Shown here: positions 51,416 to 61,502 of the stretch, in pieces
How the letters are laid out: each line of letters opens with the position of its first letter
How positions within the stretch are numbered: position 1 is the first letter of the stretch
Assembly (NCBI GenBank): GCA_000092065.1
Contig: CP000582.1
Direction: 5' to 3' (one strand)
Origin: Ostreococcus lucimarinus
Lineage: Eukaryota
Length of the DNA stretch: 64,000 bases
Position numbers and translations under genes: made by a program
Notes under the pieces: generated by a model
Told to the model about the DNA's origin: nothing
The model's database searches: none
The model's input: only the letters and a program-made list of their open reading frames with translations

Positions 51416-52635
51416 AAGAAATATTTACCGGCGAACACGGGCTCGGCGGGACCGGTCATGATGATTCTGCCGTCGCTCTCGCGCCATTCGATCTCGAGCG
51501 GGCCTCCCGGGAGCTCGACGGTGCACCGTCGATCGACGCGGCCCTCGAGGACGCCGGCGACGACGGTCGCGCAGGCACCGGTGCCGCACGCGAGCGTGGC
51601 GCCGGCGCCGCGTTCCCACACGTGCATCTTGACGTAGTTTCTGTTGACGACTTGGGTGAACTCGGTGTTCGTTCGCGCCGGGAAGCACGGATGCGACTCA
51701 AACTTGGGGCCGACGACGCTCAACGGGAATTCGTCCAACTTAAGACCCGGACCGTCAGCCTCGCCACCGGCGCGACCGAACGTGATGCAGTGCGGGTTAC
51801 CCATAGACACCGCGTTCACTAACCACTTCTCACCGTCCACGTCCATCTCCGCGCGCACAACCTTACCGTCTTGGGTCGCCGCGAGCGTCGTCGGGACTTC
51901 GCTCGGCTCAAAAATCGGCATCCCCATATCCACCGCCACCTGTCCATCCGCCCGCATCTCCGGTTGAATCAACCCCGCCAGCGTTCCAACCTTGTACTTT
52001 TTCGGCGGCATGGCGTCTAAATCGCTCACGAAACGCGCCAGGCATCGAATTCCGTTTCCGCACATCTCCGGTTCGCTACCGTCGCTGTTAAACATCCGCA
52101 TCGAGTAATCCTCCGACGCGTCGTTCGGCGGCATGGCGAATATCACCCCATCACCACCGATTCCAAAGTTACGATCGCACATCTTCGCCGCGGCTTCGCT
52201 CGACATCTTCACAGTCGCGCTGTCGCGGTTGTCGATTAATATAAAGTCGTTCCCGAGGCCCTGGTACTTGATGAAATCGATCGTCCGCGACGCCTCGGCG
52301 ACGACGCGCGCGCGTCCGACGCGCGTCGCGCGGGCGTGCGACGCGCGCGGCGTCGATCTGCGCGGCGAAAAACGCGCGCGCGGTGAGTCTGCGGTCGAGC
52401 GCGCGCGTCGACGCGTCGCGAGTGGATATGGACGTCGCGCGACCGAACGCGCGCGCGCGGCGGCGACGGGGCGCGCGAGACGAACGCGCGCGCGCACCTC
52501 GAGGCGAGCGAAACGGTGGCGCCGCGCGCGAGCATGGTGCGCGGTCGTCGGACGAGCGCGGGGCGCGAAGTGCGGCGGCGCGCGGCGGCTGGGCGGGTCG
52601 CGACGACGTTCGTCTCGAGGCGGTTCGGTGCACAT
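51412..52635 (-). CDS. DAPF: Diaminopimelate epimerase with long R-rich N-terminal presequence
   Basis: [37 protein letters not shown] (both catalytic Cys), C-terminus [15 protein letters not shown] collinear with DapF. The only in-frame ATG before the domain is 52635. Confidence 0.8.
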   Translation of the reverse strand: MCTEPPRDERRRDPPSRRAPPHFAPRARPTTAHHARARRHRFARLEVRARVRLARPVAAARARSVARRPYPLATRRRARSTADSPRARFSPRRSTPRASHARATRVGRARVVAEASRTIDFIKYQGLGNDFILIDNRDSATVKMSSEAAAKMCDRNFGIGGDGVIFAMPPNDASEDYSMRMFNSDGSEPEMCGNGIRCLARFVSDLDAMPPKKYKVGTLAGLIQPEMRADGQVAVDMGMPIFEPSEVPTTLAATQDGKVVRAEMDVDGEKWLVNAVSMGNPHCITFGRAGGEADGPGLKLDEFPLSVVGPKFESHPCFPARTNTEFTQVVNRNYVKMHVWERGAGATLACGTGACATVVAGVLEGRVDRRCTVELPGGPLEIEWRESDGRIIMTGPAEPVFAGKYFL

Positions 52636-52660
52636 TTCTCGGACTATCGCGACGTGCGCG

Positions 52661-53950
52661 TCATCTGATCAACTTTTTCGCGCGGTTTCGCCAGTCGTTG
52701 ACGCGCTGGACGAGGCTGAAGGCGACGTAGGCGGAGACGGCGACGGTGGCGTACGCCCGCAGGCTGTAGTCGCCGGTAGGATCTCTCGCGATTTCGCGAA
52801 CGACGTGCGTGACGCGCGACGCGAGCGCGTCGACGGTCGAAACTTTCTCCGCGTTCGTACCGTCGTCCTCGACTGGTTCCGGTGCCGCCGTCGGCGAGGA
52901 TTTTGTGATTTCCGTTTCGTTCTCTTCCGCCGGCGCGTCGTCGTCGCTGGCGTTCTCGTCCTCGCCGTCGTCGTCGACGCGTTGATTTTTGACCATCACG
53001 CGACCGGTGTGCTCGTCGTACGACACCGAGAATCGGTAGTTTTTGTTGATGTTCGCTTTTTGAATCCAACTCCTCGTCAACACGATGATTTGCTCGTCGA
53101 GCAAGTCCTCGCGTTTGTCGAGCCACGCGTGCGCGGCGTCTTCGTCCTCGCGCTGCGCCGCCAATATTTGACTCGCGTACAGCCACCCCAAGTTCCTCAA
53201 CGCGTCGCGCCACGCCACATTCAACTCTTCCGACATGCTTTCGTCGTTCAACACGTTTGCCGCGGCGGCGTCGTCGAAGAGCGCTAAAATCTCGCGTTCG
53301 ATCTCCGCCTCCTCCCGCGATCCCGCCGTCTTCCCCGCGCCCTCTTCCCACTTCAACTTGCACCACAGCATCCGCGCCGTCGGCCCCAACCGCGGCGGCG
53401 TCCCGACCCTAACCCCTCGTCGCAGCTCCGCGAAGTCCTCCGCCATCGTGCGCCCCAATCCATCCTTCGATTTAAACTTGCACTGCACCCACAGGCACGA
53501 CGTCACCCACGCCGCGTCTCTCTCGCGCAGATCCTCCACCGGCCACCGCACGCTCTCCGCGTCCCGCGCCAGCGCCCTTCGCTCCGCGTTCCTCTCCGAG
53601 CCCTCGTCTTCGTCTTCGCTGCACGAGCACTCGCCGTATATCTCATCCAGGTACCGCTCCGGCCGCCGCAACCGCCGCGCCGCCGCCGCGACCGCCGCGT
53701 CGATCCCCGAGTCCTCGCGCGCCGTCGCGCGCGCCCTCGCGCCCGACTCGCGCGCGTCGCTCGACGTCCCTCGCACCAGCGGTCGCGGCGCGCTCGGATC
53801 GTCGACGTACGCCGCGTACACGCGCTCGCACATCGCGCGACACTCGGCAAAGTGCGCGCACACGAACAGCCGCTCGCACTGCTCGAGCGACACCTCGTCG
53901 CCGAGCGCGCGCGCCGACGGCGCCGCCGGCAGCGTCGAGTCGTCGTCCAT
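52661..53950 (-). CDS. Hypothetical protein with C-terminal hydrophobic segment (tail-anchor-like)
   Basis: ORF start 54082 is TTG; first ATG 53950 ([11 protein letters not shown]); C-terminal [23 protein letters not shown] followed by basic tail; no domain recognised. Confidence 0.4.
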   Translation of the reverse strand: MDDDSTLPAAPSARALGDEVSLEQCERLFVCAHFAECRAMCERVYAAYVDDPSAPRPLVRGTSSDARESGARARATAREDSGIDAAVAAAARRLRRPERYLDEIYGECSCSEDEDEGSERNAERRALARDAESVRWPVEDLRERDAAWVTSCLWVQCKFKSKDGLGRTMAEDFAELRRGVRVGTPPRLGPTARMLWCKLKWEEGAGKTAGSREEAEIEREILALFDDAAAANVLNDESMSEELNVAWRDALRNLGWLYASQILAAQREDEDAAHAWLDKREDLLDEQIIVLTRSWIQKANINKNYRFSVSYDEHTGRVMVKNQRVDDDGEDENASDDDAPAEENETEITKSSPTAAPEPVEDDGTNAEKVSTVDALASRVTHVVREIARDPTGDYSLRAYATVAVSAYVAFSLVQRVNDWRNRAKKLIR

Positions 53951-54208
53951 CGCGTCGCCGACCGCGACGCGGCGACGCGCGCGCGTGTGCGGGCGACACT
54001 CGGCGACGCGAATCGAATCGGCGGATTCGCGATCGACGATGGGCGTCGCGGCGAAGCGACGCGCCAAGGCGCGCGCGGCCAAGGCGCGCGACAGGGCGAC
54101 GGTGCGTTCGCGCGCGCGACGCGCGCGAACGATCGAGCGCGCGCGCGACGCGAAGGCCGAAGGCGCGATCGGCGCCGGCGGCGGGATCGAACGAGACGAC
54201 GGCGCGCG

Positions 54209-55936
54209 ATGGCGCGCGCGACGCGAGCGACGCGCGACGACGCGCGAAGACGACGCGGACTGACCTCGAGTCGCGATCGGTGGCGCGACGACCGCGCGCA
54301 GGCGGAGGCGAAGACGGGAGACGACGCGACGGCGACGACGACGCGCGGCGAGACGAAGGCGCGAGGCGCGAGACGCGAAAAGAGCGGCGCGAACGCGGGC
54401 GATGAGGACGTCGAGATCGAGTACGTGGCGGCGCCGATCGAGTTAGAGCTAGAGGGGACGAGCGATGCGGACGGGGAGGACGGATTGGGGGAGTTTAAGG
54501 CGATTTTTGAGGCGTTTCGAGCGAGAGGGGCGAGAGGGGGCGAGGTCGGCACGAGCGCGGACGACGCGGGGGCGAAGAAGGGTGATGGGGGCGACGGCGC
54601 GGATGAAGACGACGGGGACGACGGGGACGATGACGGCGCGGGCGAGGAGCTTTCGAATAAAAAGAAGAAGGAACTGCGTCGGATGAAGGTGGCGGAGCTC
54701 AAGCAACACTGCGCGAAGCCAGAAGTCGTGGAGGTTTGGGACGCGAGCGCGAACGATCCGAGATTACTCGTCTTTCTCAAGGCGCACAGGAACACGGTCC
54801 CGGTGCCGAGACATTGGAGCCAAAAGCGGGCGTTTTTGCAAGGTAAGCGAGGGATCGAGAAGCCGCCGTGGGAGTTGCCGGATTTTATTCGCGCCACGGG
54901 AATTCAGAAGATTCGCGACCACTACGCGGAGAAGGAAGACGCCAAGTCGTTGAAACAGAAGGCAAAAGATACGAAAACGGCCAAGCTCGGGCGCATGGAT
55001 ATCGATTATCAAATTCTGCACGATGCGTTCTTCGTCTACCAATCCAAACCCAAGATGTCCAAACCCGGGGATTTGTACTTTGAGGGCAAGGAGTTTGAGG
55101 TTTCCATCGGACGCAAGCCCGGCAAGCTGAGCGAAGAACTCAAGGCTGCGCTCGGCATGACGGACGGCGGACCACCTCCGTGGTTGATCAACATGCAACG
55201 ATACGGTCCGCCGCCGAGCTATCCGCACCTGCGCGTGCCGGGGCTTTCCGCGCCGATTCCCGCGGGAGCGCAGTTCGGCTACCATCCGGGCGGTTGGGGC
55301 AAACCGCCCGTGGACGAGCTCGGCGTGCCCATCTACGGCGACGTGTTCGGAAGCACGAAGACAAAGGCGAGTGATAGCACGCCGTACGACGTAGCTGTCG
55401 ACAAGACGAAACGGTTCGGTGAGATCGACGAAGAGTTGGAGGAAGAGGAGAGCGAGGAAGAGGTGGAGGAGGAAGAAGTCGCCGCGGAGGAGGCCGAGGA
55501 GGAGGAGGCCGAGGAAGAAGAAGAGTCCGCGGAACTCCACGCGGGCGCCGAAACGCCAGACGTTTTGGATCTGCGCAAAAAGTCCGAAGGCCCGAAGTCA
55601 TTGTACACGGTGTTACCGTCGCAAGAAGCCTCCGTCGGCGCCGACCAAATCGTCGGCTCGGCGCACACGTACGCCATCCCTACCGACGGCGACGACAAGC
55701 CCAAGCGTCGCACCCGTGGCGCGGGCGTCGAAGTCACGCTCGACGCCGAGGCCCTCGGAGACGATGGCTTGCAAGATGAAGACGCGATCCGCGCCGCGTA
55801 CGAGGAAACCGTCGCGGCGAAGAAGGCCGCCGCCGCGCCAGAGGACTTTTCCGACATGGTCGCCGACCACGCCCGCGCTCAAAAACGAAAGGCCAAAGAC
55901 AAAAAAGATAGCGACGCAAAAAAGTTCAAATTTTAA
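54209..55936 (+). CDS. SF3B2: Splicing factor 3B subunit 2 (SF3b145/Cus1) with SAP domain
   Basis: SAP LRRMKVAELKQHC; DUF382 and PSP regions (VPVPRHWSQKRAFLQGKRGIEKPPWELPDFI...DGGPPPWLINMQRYGPPPSYPHLRVPGLSAPIPAGAQFGYHPGGWGKPPVDE); acidic E-rich tail. First ATG 54209. Confidence 0.8.
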   Translation: MARATRATRDDARRRRGLTSSRDRWRDDRAQAEAKTGDDATATTTRGETKARGARREKSGANAGDEDVEIEYVAAPIELELEGTSDADGEDGLGEFKAIFEAFRARGARGGEVGTSADDAGAKKGDGGDGADEDDGDDGDDDGAGEELSNKKKKELRRMKVAELKQHCAKPEVVEVWDASANDPRLLVFLKAHRNTVPVPRHWSQKRAFLQGKRGIEKPPWELPDFIRATGIQKIRDHYAEKEDAKSLKQKAKDTKTAKLGRMDIDYQILHDAFFVYQSKPKMSKPGDLYFEGKEFEVSIGRKPGKLSEELKAALGMTDGGPPPWLINMQRYGPPPSYPHLRVPGLSAPIPAGAQFGYHPGGWGKPPVDELGVPIYGDVFGSTKTKASDSTPYDVAVDKTKRFGEIDEELEEEESEEEVEEEEVAAEEAEEEEAEEEEESAELHAGAETPDVLDLRKKSEGPKSLYTVLPSQEASVGADQIVGSAHTYAIPTDGDDKPKRRTRGAGVEVTLDAEALGDDGLQDEDAIRAAYEETVAAKKAAAAPEDFSDMVADHARAQKRKAKDKKDSDAKKFKF

Positions 55937-56056
55937 TAACCATCACGTTCGTCTAGAAGACAATCTTTCGAACGGCGCCGCCACCGTGGCGCTCGCGCGC
56001 GCTCGCGCCACAATGCGAAGGCGTCGCGAACGATCGTGCGTTCGCAATCGCACGGC

Positions 56057-56267
56057 ATGACCGCGTCGATGACGCATGCGATACCATCGCGCGCGGCGGG
56101 GCGACCCTCGCGCCCGTCGCGCGCGCGTGGCGGCGGCGGCGGCGCCGCGCGTTCGTTAAGCCGAAAACGAACTCGCCAGCGCGCCGCCGCGGACGACGAC
56201 GCGTACAACGCCGCGATGAAGGCGTACAGCGCGACGCCGTATGAGTACAAGCATGAACTCGGTTTAT
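56057..56267 (+). CDS. LSF2/SEX4-like phosphoglucan phosphatase exon 1 (presequence and start of DSP domain)
   Basis: AYNAAMKAYSATPYEYKHELGL matches the LSF2 N-terminal region; donor tta t|gtgcgt at 56268 (phase 1). Confidence 0.6.
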
Positions 56268-56409
56268 GTGCGTGTTCGCGGCGATGCGAGGCGATGCGCC
56301 GACGTTTGAACTAGACGAGCGCGCTCGCCGAGCGCGCTTCGACGCGCGACGACGGCGACGAACGACTGACGACGTCCGCGAGCGATCGCGACGATATCGA
56401 CGCGTGCAG

Positions 56410-56987
56410 ACTATCACAGAATACGCCCGAATCTCATCGTCGGCACGCAACCGACGACGGCGGCGGATATCGATCGACTTCGCGACGTCGAGGGCGTGAC
56501 GTGCGTGTTCAACACGCAACAGGACAAGGATATGGAGTACTGGAAGGTGGATTTCGCGTCCGTGAAGCGGCAGATCGAGAAACGAGGTATGAAACTGGAG
56601 CGATACCCGTTCGTGGACTTTTCGGCGGACTCGTTGCGGGAGGGTTTGCCGGCGGCGGCGGCGGCGCTGGACGCAGCGGCGAGACGCGGGGAGACGGTGT
56701 ATTTGCACTGCACGGCTGGCATGGGACGGTCACCGGGACTAGCGATCGCGTACATGTACTGGTTTTTAGATGCACACGACAGCCTGGATGGCGCGTACGA
56801 GGCGTTGACGTCGATCCGGCCCTGCGGACCTAAGAAGGAGTCAATTCGAGCGGCGACGTGCGACATACTTGCGGCGCACTCGGATGAGTGGCCGATCAAA
56901 CTTTTGGAACGAGAACTGAACGAATACGAAGGCGCTCGATTGAGCTTTGGGGCTAAACGAATGATTCGTCGGAAGTTGCGGCGATAA
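56410..56987 (+). CDS. LSF2/SEX4-like phosphoglucan phosphatase exon 2 (dual-specificity phosphatase catalytic core)
   Basis: Acceptor gcgtgcag|AC at 56408-56409 restores (Y)YHRIRPNLIVGTQP...CVFNTQQDKDMEYW...VYLHCTAGMGRSP (HCxxGxxR)...IRPCGPKKESIRAATCDIL; TAA at 56985. Confidence 0.6.
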
Positions 56988-57046
56988 AACCCCGGTGGCG
57001 TCGCCACCCAGCGGCAGAGCGCGACTCGACCTTGAGCGTCGACGTC

Positions 57047-58072
57047 ATGAAGCGTCGAGCGAACATATTGCGTGTCGGCGCGCTGTGTGCGCTAGTCGCG
57101 TGCGTGTCGGATGCACACTTTGTTGCAGCCGAACACGTCGACGTTGGTGCACCCAACTTCGGACTGTTCGACTTTGCGTCTCAATTCATCAGCACCGCCT
57201 CGAGCGGCGCGGAACAGACGCCACCCATTTTCACGGCGTTTCATTCTTCCGGAGGCAACTGGGACGGGTTTCTCGCGGCTGCTCGCGCCCTCGCGCGTGG
57301 TGACACTGGTCAAATGACCGCGTCGTTTATCGACGCCGCGCTGAGGGGTGAGTCGTCGCCGAATTCCACTGGTTTGTGGTTCCGAGATGCAACAGCAAAC
57401 GCAACGACGATGACGTCCTGGGTTAACAACACCGACGACGAGCTGGAGATGCAAAAACGCATGGCGTTTCGAGATATTTTTAACGACGTTTTGAATTCCA
57501 CGGCGTCGAGCATGTATAATGTCATCGACAGTCGAGATCCAACTGGTGAAAGCTGGCGCAACAAAATCATAGAGGGGGTCAGAGACGCCGAGATTTACGG
57601 CGACATGATCTTCAACGCCAGCACCGAATCCAATCGGCGCGCTGCCATAATGCTCTATGATCGGGTTGCTTCGCAGATGTTTCGGTCTAGAGCCATCTTA
57701 CGCTCGGCGGCGTCCGGCGACGTCACGGCGGCGAATGAACTGTTTTTTGGCGTCGCCGACGGACCATTCACGAACTCCAACTCGCAATGGACAATTACCT
57801 CCGCGACGACGCGCGACGGCGACGTCGAAGTCGAGAGCACAAATGATGATTCCTTGCGAGGTATCAAAGCGTACGTTCTCATCGCCGTGGGCATCGTTTG
57901 CGTACTTTCCGCGGCGGCGCTCTTCGCGCGGCGGTCGCGATCGAGCAAACGGCGCTCGCTCGTCGTCGACGCCGAGCCTTCGGCGACCACGGCGAAGCGC
58001 GACACGCGTAAGCAAATAGAAACGCTCGACGAACGCGACGAACGCATCGACGCCCTGAAGCATGTATTGTGA
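57047..58072 (+). CDS. Hypothetical type I membrane glycoprotein (signal peptide, N-glyc sites, single TM, charged tail)
   Basis: First ATG 57047: MKRRANILRVGALCALVACVSDA signal peptide; multiple NxS/T sequons; TM AYVLIAVGIVCVLSAAALFA followed by RRSRSSKRR. Confidence 0.5.
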   Translation: MKRRANILRVGALCALVACVSDAHFVAAEHVDVGAPNFGLFDFASQFISTASSGAEQTPPIFTAFHSSGGNWDGFLAAARALARGDTGQMTASFIDAALRGESSPNSTGLWFRDATANATTMTSWVNNTDDELEMQKRMAFRDIFNDVLNSTASSMYNVIDSRDPTGESWRNKIIEGVRDAEIYGDMIFNASTESNRRAAIMLYDRVASQMFRSRAILRSAASGDVTAANELFFGVADGPFTNSNSQWTITSATTRDGDVEVESTNDDSLRGIKAYVLIAVGIVCVLSAAALFARRSRSSKRRSLVVDAEPSATTAKRDTRKQIETLDERDERIDALKHVL

Positions 58073-58117
58073 TCACATTCTATATTTTTTCGCAGCAGTG
58101 CGCGCCTCGCGCGCGCG

Positions 58118-59698
58118 ATGGCGTTCGCTTTCAGATCCGACGTCCTCCCCGACGTCGGCTCGGGCGCTCTCGCGGCCGTCGATATCACCGCATTGATCGA
58201 CGCGTTCGCGGGACTCGACGCCGAGGTCGTGCGCGACGTCGCGAGGCAATGCGAAGGCGTCAAAGATGCAATCGCTTTATTGCGCGGACTGTGTCCAGAA
58301 CGGCCTCCCGTCGCGCACGACGTCGCGCACGGGCACGCGTTCGGTGACGTTCTCCCCGACGACGTTCGCGATGTGATATTTAAGTCACTGAGCGCGAGGG
58401 ACGCCGCGGTGCTGGCGTGCACGTGCAAAGAGTTCAGAGCGCTCGTGGCGTCGTGGCGACGCGACGCGCGAAGAATCGCGCCGCCCGCGAATGCGCGCGC
58501 GCGAACGACGATTGAGACGTTCGCCTCGGATGTAGTTCGCCTGGGAGGGATGATTCGTGCGTATCCGAACGTTAGCGCTGTGAGCTTTCGAAAGATGGGC
58601 GAGACGCTGAAGCCACCGGCGGATAGCGCCGAAGACGACTGGGAACGTTTGTCGAATGTTTTGACCGCCGTCGCGGCAAATAACGCGTCACAGTCGATCG
58701 AGTCGATAGACTTCGAGGGATGCGGGGAGTGGTTGAGCGAGTACGGAGTGGTGGCGATCGCGGAGCGGTGTCGAGAGATTTTTCCCGCGTTAACGTCCAT
58801 CGCGTGGACTCGCGCTCGAGCGCTCAGATCGAGTGGTCTGTCTCGAGCTTTGGCACCTTATGGGGACACCCTTCGCGAACTCAAACTCGTGGGATGTGTG
58901 TCTCTGGACGAAGAAGCAATTTACGGCGCCCTGGATGTCGCGCGATGTTTGCGCGTGTTGGATGTGACGGGTTGTTCGGGCGTCAAACGACTCGTCCTCG
59001 GCGCACACGTCGCTACGCGACTCGAACGCCTGAAAGCGGTCAACTGTAAGTCAATGACGAATTTTTCAATTCGTCGGACCTCTGATTCGAGCGCGTTGAA
59101 CGCCGTAAACGTCGCCGACTGCGGCTCGTTGCGAGAGCTGCAAGTGCAATCCGGCTCCGTGGAGACGATAAGCGCGGCGGGATGCAAGGCGCTGGAGACC
59201 TTCAACGCGTACGCGCCAAAGTGTGAGACGTTGCTGATGAATAAATGTGCCAGTCTGCGAGCTGTGACGGAAGAGATGAACACCGTTCGTTCGAAGTTAC
59301 CCGCGGTCAAGACGCTCAAGCTCGATAGTTGTAAAGTGCTGACGTCGAGTGGCTTTGCCGACATCCTTAATATGTGCGGCGGCTCGCTTGTCGAGCTCAG
59401 CGCGGAGGGGTGCTTCAGCATCGAGCGTGCATTTATTTCGTCGCCACATCTTGTGCGATGTGCGCTGAGTGGGTGTCCCGCGCTGCAAGTCGCGCGTATC
59501 TCTAGCGCAAACTGCCGAGAGTTCGTGGCTCGAGCGTGCAAAACGCTCACGGAGGTGCGATTCGAGTCGGGAACGTACGATCTTGGGACTTTTGACGTGC
59601 GAAATTCCGGGACGTTGAAGCGAGTCGTTGGCGTCAGGCGGCATCGTGTTCGAAATTTGGACGTTGACGGGTGTGGGTCGTCGCTCGAGTTCATTTAG
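58118..59698 (+). CDS. F-box / cysteine-containing leucine-rich-repeat protein (FBXL-like)
   Basis: F-box LPDDVRDVIFKSLSARDAAVLACTCKEFRALV; repeated LxxLxLxxCxxL units (LRELKLVGCVSL, LRVLDVTGCSGV, LERLKAVNCKSM, LKTLKLDSCKVL). ATG 58118, 45 bp after the upstream stop. Confidence 0.7.
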   Translation: MAFAFRSDVLPDVGSGALAAVDITALIDAFAGLDAEVVRDVARQCEGVKDAIALLRGLCPERPPVAHDVAHGHAFGDVLPDDVRDVIFKSLSARDAAVLACTCKEFRALVASWRRDARRIAPPANARARTTIETFASDVVRLGGMIRAYPNVSAVSFRKMGETLKPPADSAEDDWERLSNVLTAVAANNASQSIESIDFEGCGEWLSEYGVVAIAERCREIFPALTSIAWTRARALRSSGLSRALAPYGDTLRELKLVGCVSLDEEAIYGALDVARCLRVLDVTGCSGVKRLVLGAHVATRLERLKAVNCKSMTNFSIRRTSDSSALNAVNVADCGSLRELQVQSGSVETISAAGCKALETFNAYAPKCETLLMNKCASLRAVTEEMNTVRSKLPAVKTLKLDSCKVLTSSGFADILNMCGGSLVELSAEGCFSIERAFISSPHLVRCALSGCPALQVARISSANCREFVARACKTLTEVRFESGTYDLGTFDVRNSGTLKRVVGVRRHRVRNLDVDGCGSSLEFI

Positions 59699-59760
59699 GA
59701 GTTCAGAGGTCTCGTAGAAGTAGGTAGTTATCCATAGAAGAGTAGAACGAGTTGGCGTCA

Positions 59761-60726
59761 TCAACCGCTCGCTCGCGATCGCACCGCGGCTCGCGATCTT
59801 GCGCGTACGTTTGCGTTCGACTTTCCGAGCGACGGACAGCACCCACCGACATCACCACAGCAATCGCCGTAATCAAAGCATGTCGCGTCGCAACAACATG
59901 TCGGATTATCGCTCGTTGAATCTGGGTAGATGCAAAGCCCGCACGATTCCGAGCACGTATCGCCTACGCCCCCACACGCCGTCGTCGGTGGTGATGCAGG
60001 TGACGGTGACGGCGAGGGTGACGGCGTCGGGAAGTATATCGTCGATGGCGACGGCGACGGCGACGCCGAGAACGACGGTGACGTCGAAAACGACGGCGCC
60101 GCCGAGCTCGAGCTGGCTTCGCCGAGCGATGACATCACGGCGTTGTAAATCGTGCGCATCAGAAATATCGTCGTCTGCACGCGAACGAAGCTCTGCACGA
60201 GCGAAGCTGCGCCTGGATAAGACGTCGTCAACGCGCCGAGCATGGCGTTGAAGTTCACGGGATTCAACGCGCTCGTCGACCAGGACTCGCCAAATCGCGA
60301 GCCGAACCGCGCGCGAGAGTCGCACGCTTCCGCGCAGAACGCGCGCGCGATTCCGCGTCCACCTTGTGCGCACACCTCCGTCGCACACATGGGTGCGATG
60401 CACGAATCAAACGTTCGAGCGTCGATCGGCGTGTTCGGCGCGTCTCGCGCGCCGCACGCGAACCCGTCCGACCCTCGGCGCCGCAACGATTCGCACGAGA
60501 AAGCCAAAATGCTTTCGTCGCACGCTCCCGCGCTCCGTCCTCGAGGTGACGCATCTCCGGTGTCGATGCACGTGTCCAATCCCAGTGCGGACGCCCGCGC
60601 GCGAAAATCATCAACGTTTCCGTTCTTCGGCTCTACGCACCACGCCGCGGCCTCGTTCGCGCGAACGCCGGTGAGGCGAACGACGAACGCCGCCAACACC
60701 GCGAGCTCCAGCGCGCGCATCGCCAT
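59761..60726 (-). CDS. Secreted Cys-rich protein with S/P-rich linker and somatomedin-B-like C-terminal module
   Basis: First ATG 60726: MAMRALELAVLAAFVVRLTGVRA signal peptide; PSPSPSPSP linker; C-terminal CCCDATCFDYGDCCGD resembles the SMB signature C.CD..C...GDCC.D. Confidence 0.5.
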   Translation of the reverse strand: MAMRALELAVLAAFVVRLTGVRANEAAAWCVEPKNGNVDDFRARASALGLDTCIDTGDASPRGRSAGACDESILAFSCESLRRRGSDGFACGARDAPNTPIDARTFDSCIAPMCATEVCAQGGRGIARAFCAEACDSRARFGSRFGESWSTSALNPVNFNAMLGALTTSYPGAASLVQSFVRVQTTIFLMRTIYNAVMSSLGEASSSSAAPSFSTSPSFSASPSPSPSTIYFPTPSPSPSPSPASPPTTACGGVGDTCSESCGLCIYPDSTSDNPTCCCDATCFDYGDCCGDVGGCCPSLGKSNANVRARSRAAVRSRASG

Positions 60727-60972
60727 CAAACCACGAGCCACGAACCACGAGCACGACGCTATCGAGCGTGAAACGCGCGAGACGAAACGAACGAACGAGC
60801 GAAAGCGCGAGTCGAAGAGTGCGGTCGCCGTCGCGCCCGCGCTCGCGTTTCTCAAAGAATTTTCGTCTCATTACACCGACCTCAACGATCGATCGACCGT
60901 CATCCTAGCGCCGCGCCTCGCGCCCCTCGCGCGCCGCGCGCGATCTCGTCTCACCGCGCGGCCGACGCTCGC

Positions 60973-61359
60973 TCAATCGTAAATGTCCGCGATCCCCAAC
61001 ACGCTCACCGTCAGCTTGATTTGATCGATGAAATCCACCCCCGTCGCGAATTCCGTCAGCATCCCCACCAACAGCCCGAACATCGTCCACCGTCCGTTAT
61101 TAATCTCATTGCTCGGCGTGAATCCAAACACCTGCGCGTCCTCCACCGCCTGATCGTACTGTTTTTCCTTAAAGTACCGCACCATCATCTTCGCGCGCTC
61201 GCGCTGGTACTCCACCGTCGTCGGTTTCTTCGTCTCCGCGCTCGCCGCGACGGCGTTCGCCGCGCATCGTCGCGCGCCGCGCGTCGAGCGCTTTCCTCCG
61301 CGCGCGCTCGAGATCGCGGCGCCGCCCGCGGGCGCGCGCGTGGAGAGCGCGAGCATCAT
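60973..61359 (-). CDS. One-helix protein / high-light-inducible (HLIP/OHP-like) chlorophyll-binding-motif protein with transit peptide
   Basis: FGFTPSNEINNGRWTMFGLLVGMLTEFATG matches the Cab/HLIP helix motif (GFT..aE..NGR.AM.G......E..TG). Start ambiguous among in-frame ATGs at 61359, 61356, 61422 and 61482; 61359 gives a typical S/A/R-rich presequence. Confidence 0.6.
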   Translation of the reverse strand: MMLALSTRAPAGGAAISSARGGKRSTRGARRCAANAVAASAETKKPTTVEYQRERAKMMVRYFKEKQYDQAVEDAQVFGFTPSNEINNGRWTMFGLLVGMLTEFATGVDFIDQIKLTVSVLGIADIYD

Positions 61360-61502
61360 CGCGCGTCGACGTGTGCGGCGTCGCCGCGTTATCCGCGGTG
61401 ACGTCACCGCGACGTCGCGCATCGTGATGGTGCTTTCGATACCCAGTATGCGTGGTTTAAGTCGTACTCTGTGTAGTTTCATGCTATGTGCGCGTCGACC
61501 GA

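Noticed and set aside
55953-56708. 251-aa minus-strand ORF
   Set aside because: R-rich junk antisense to the LSF2-like gene, whose two exons have strong homology support.
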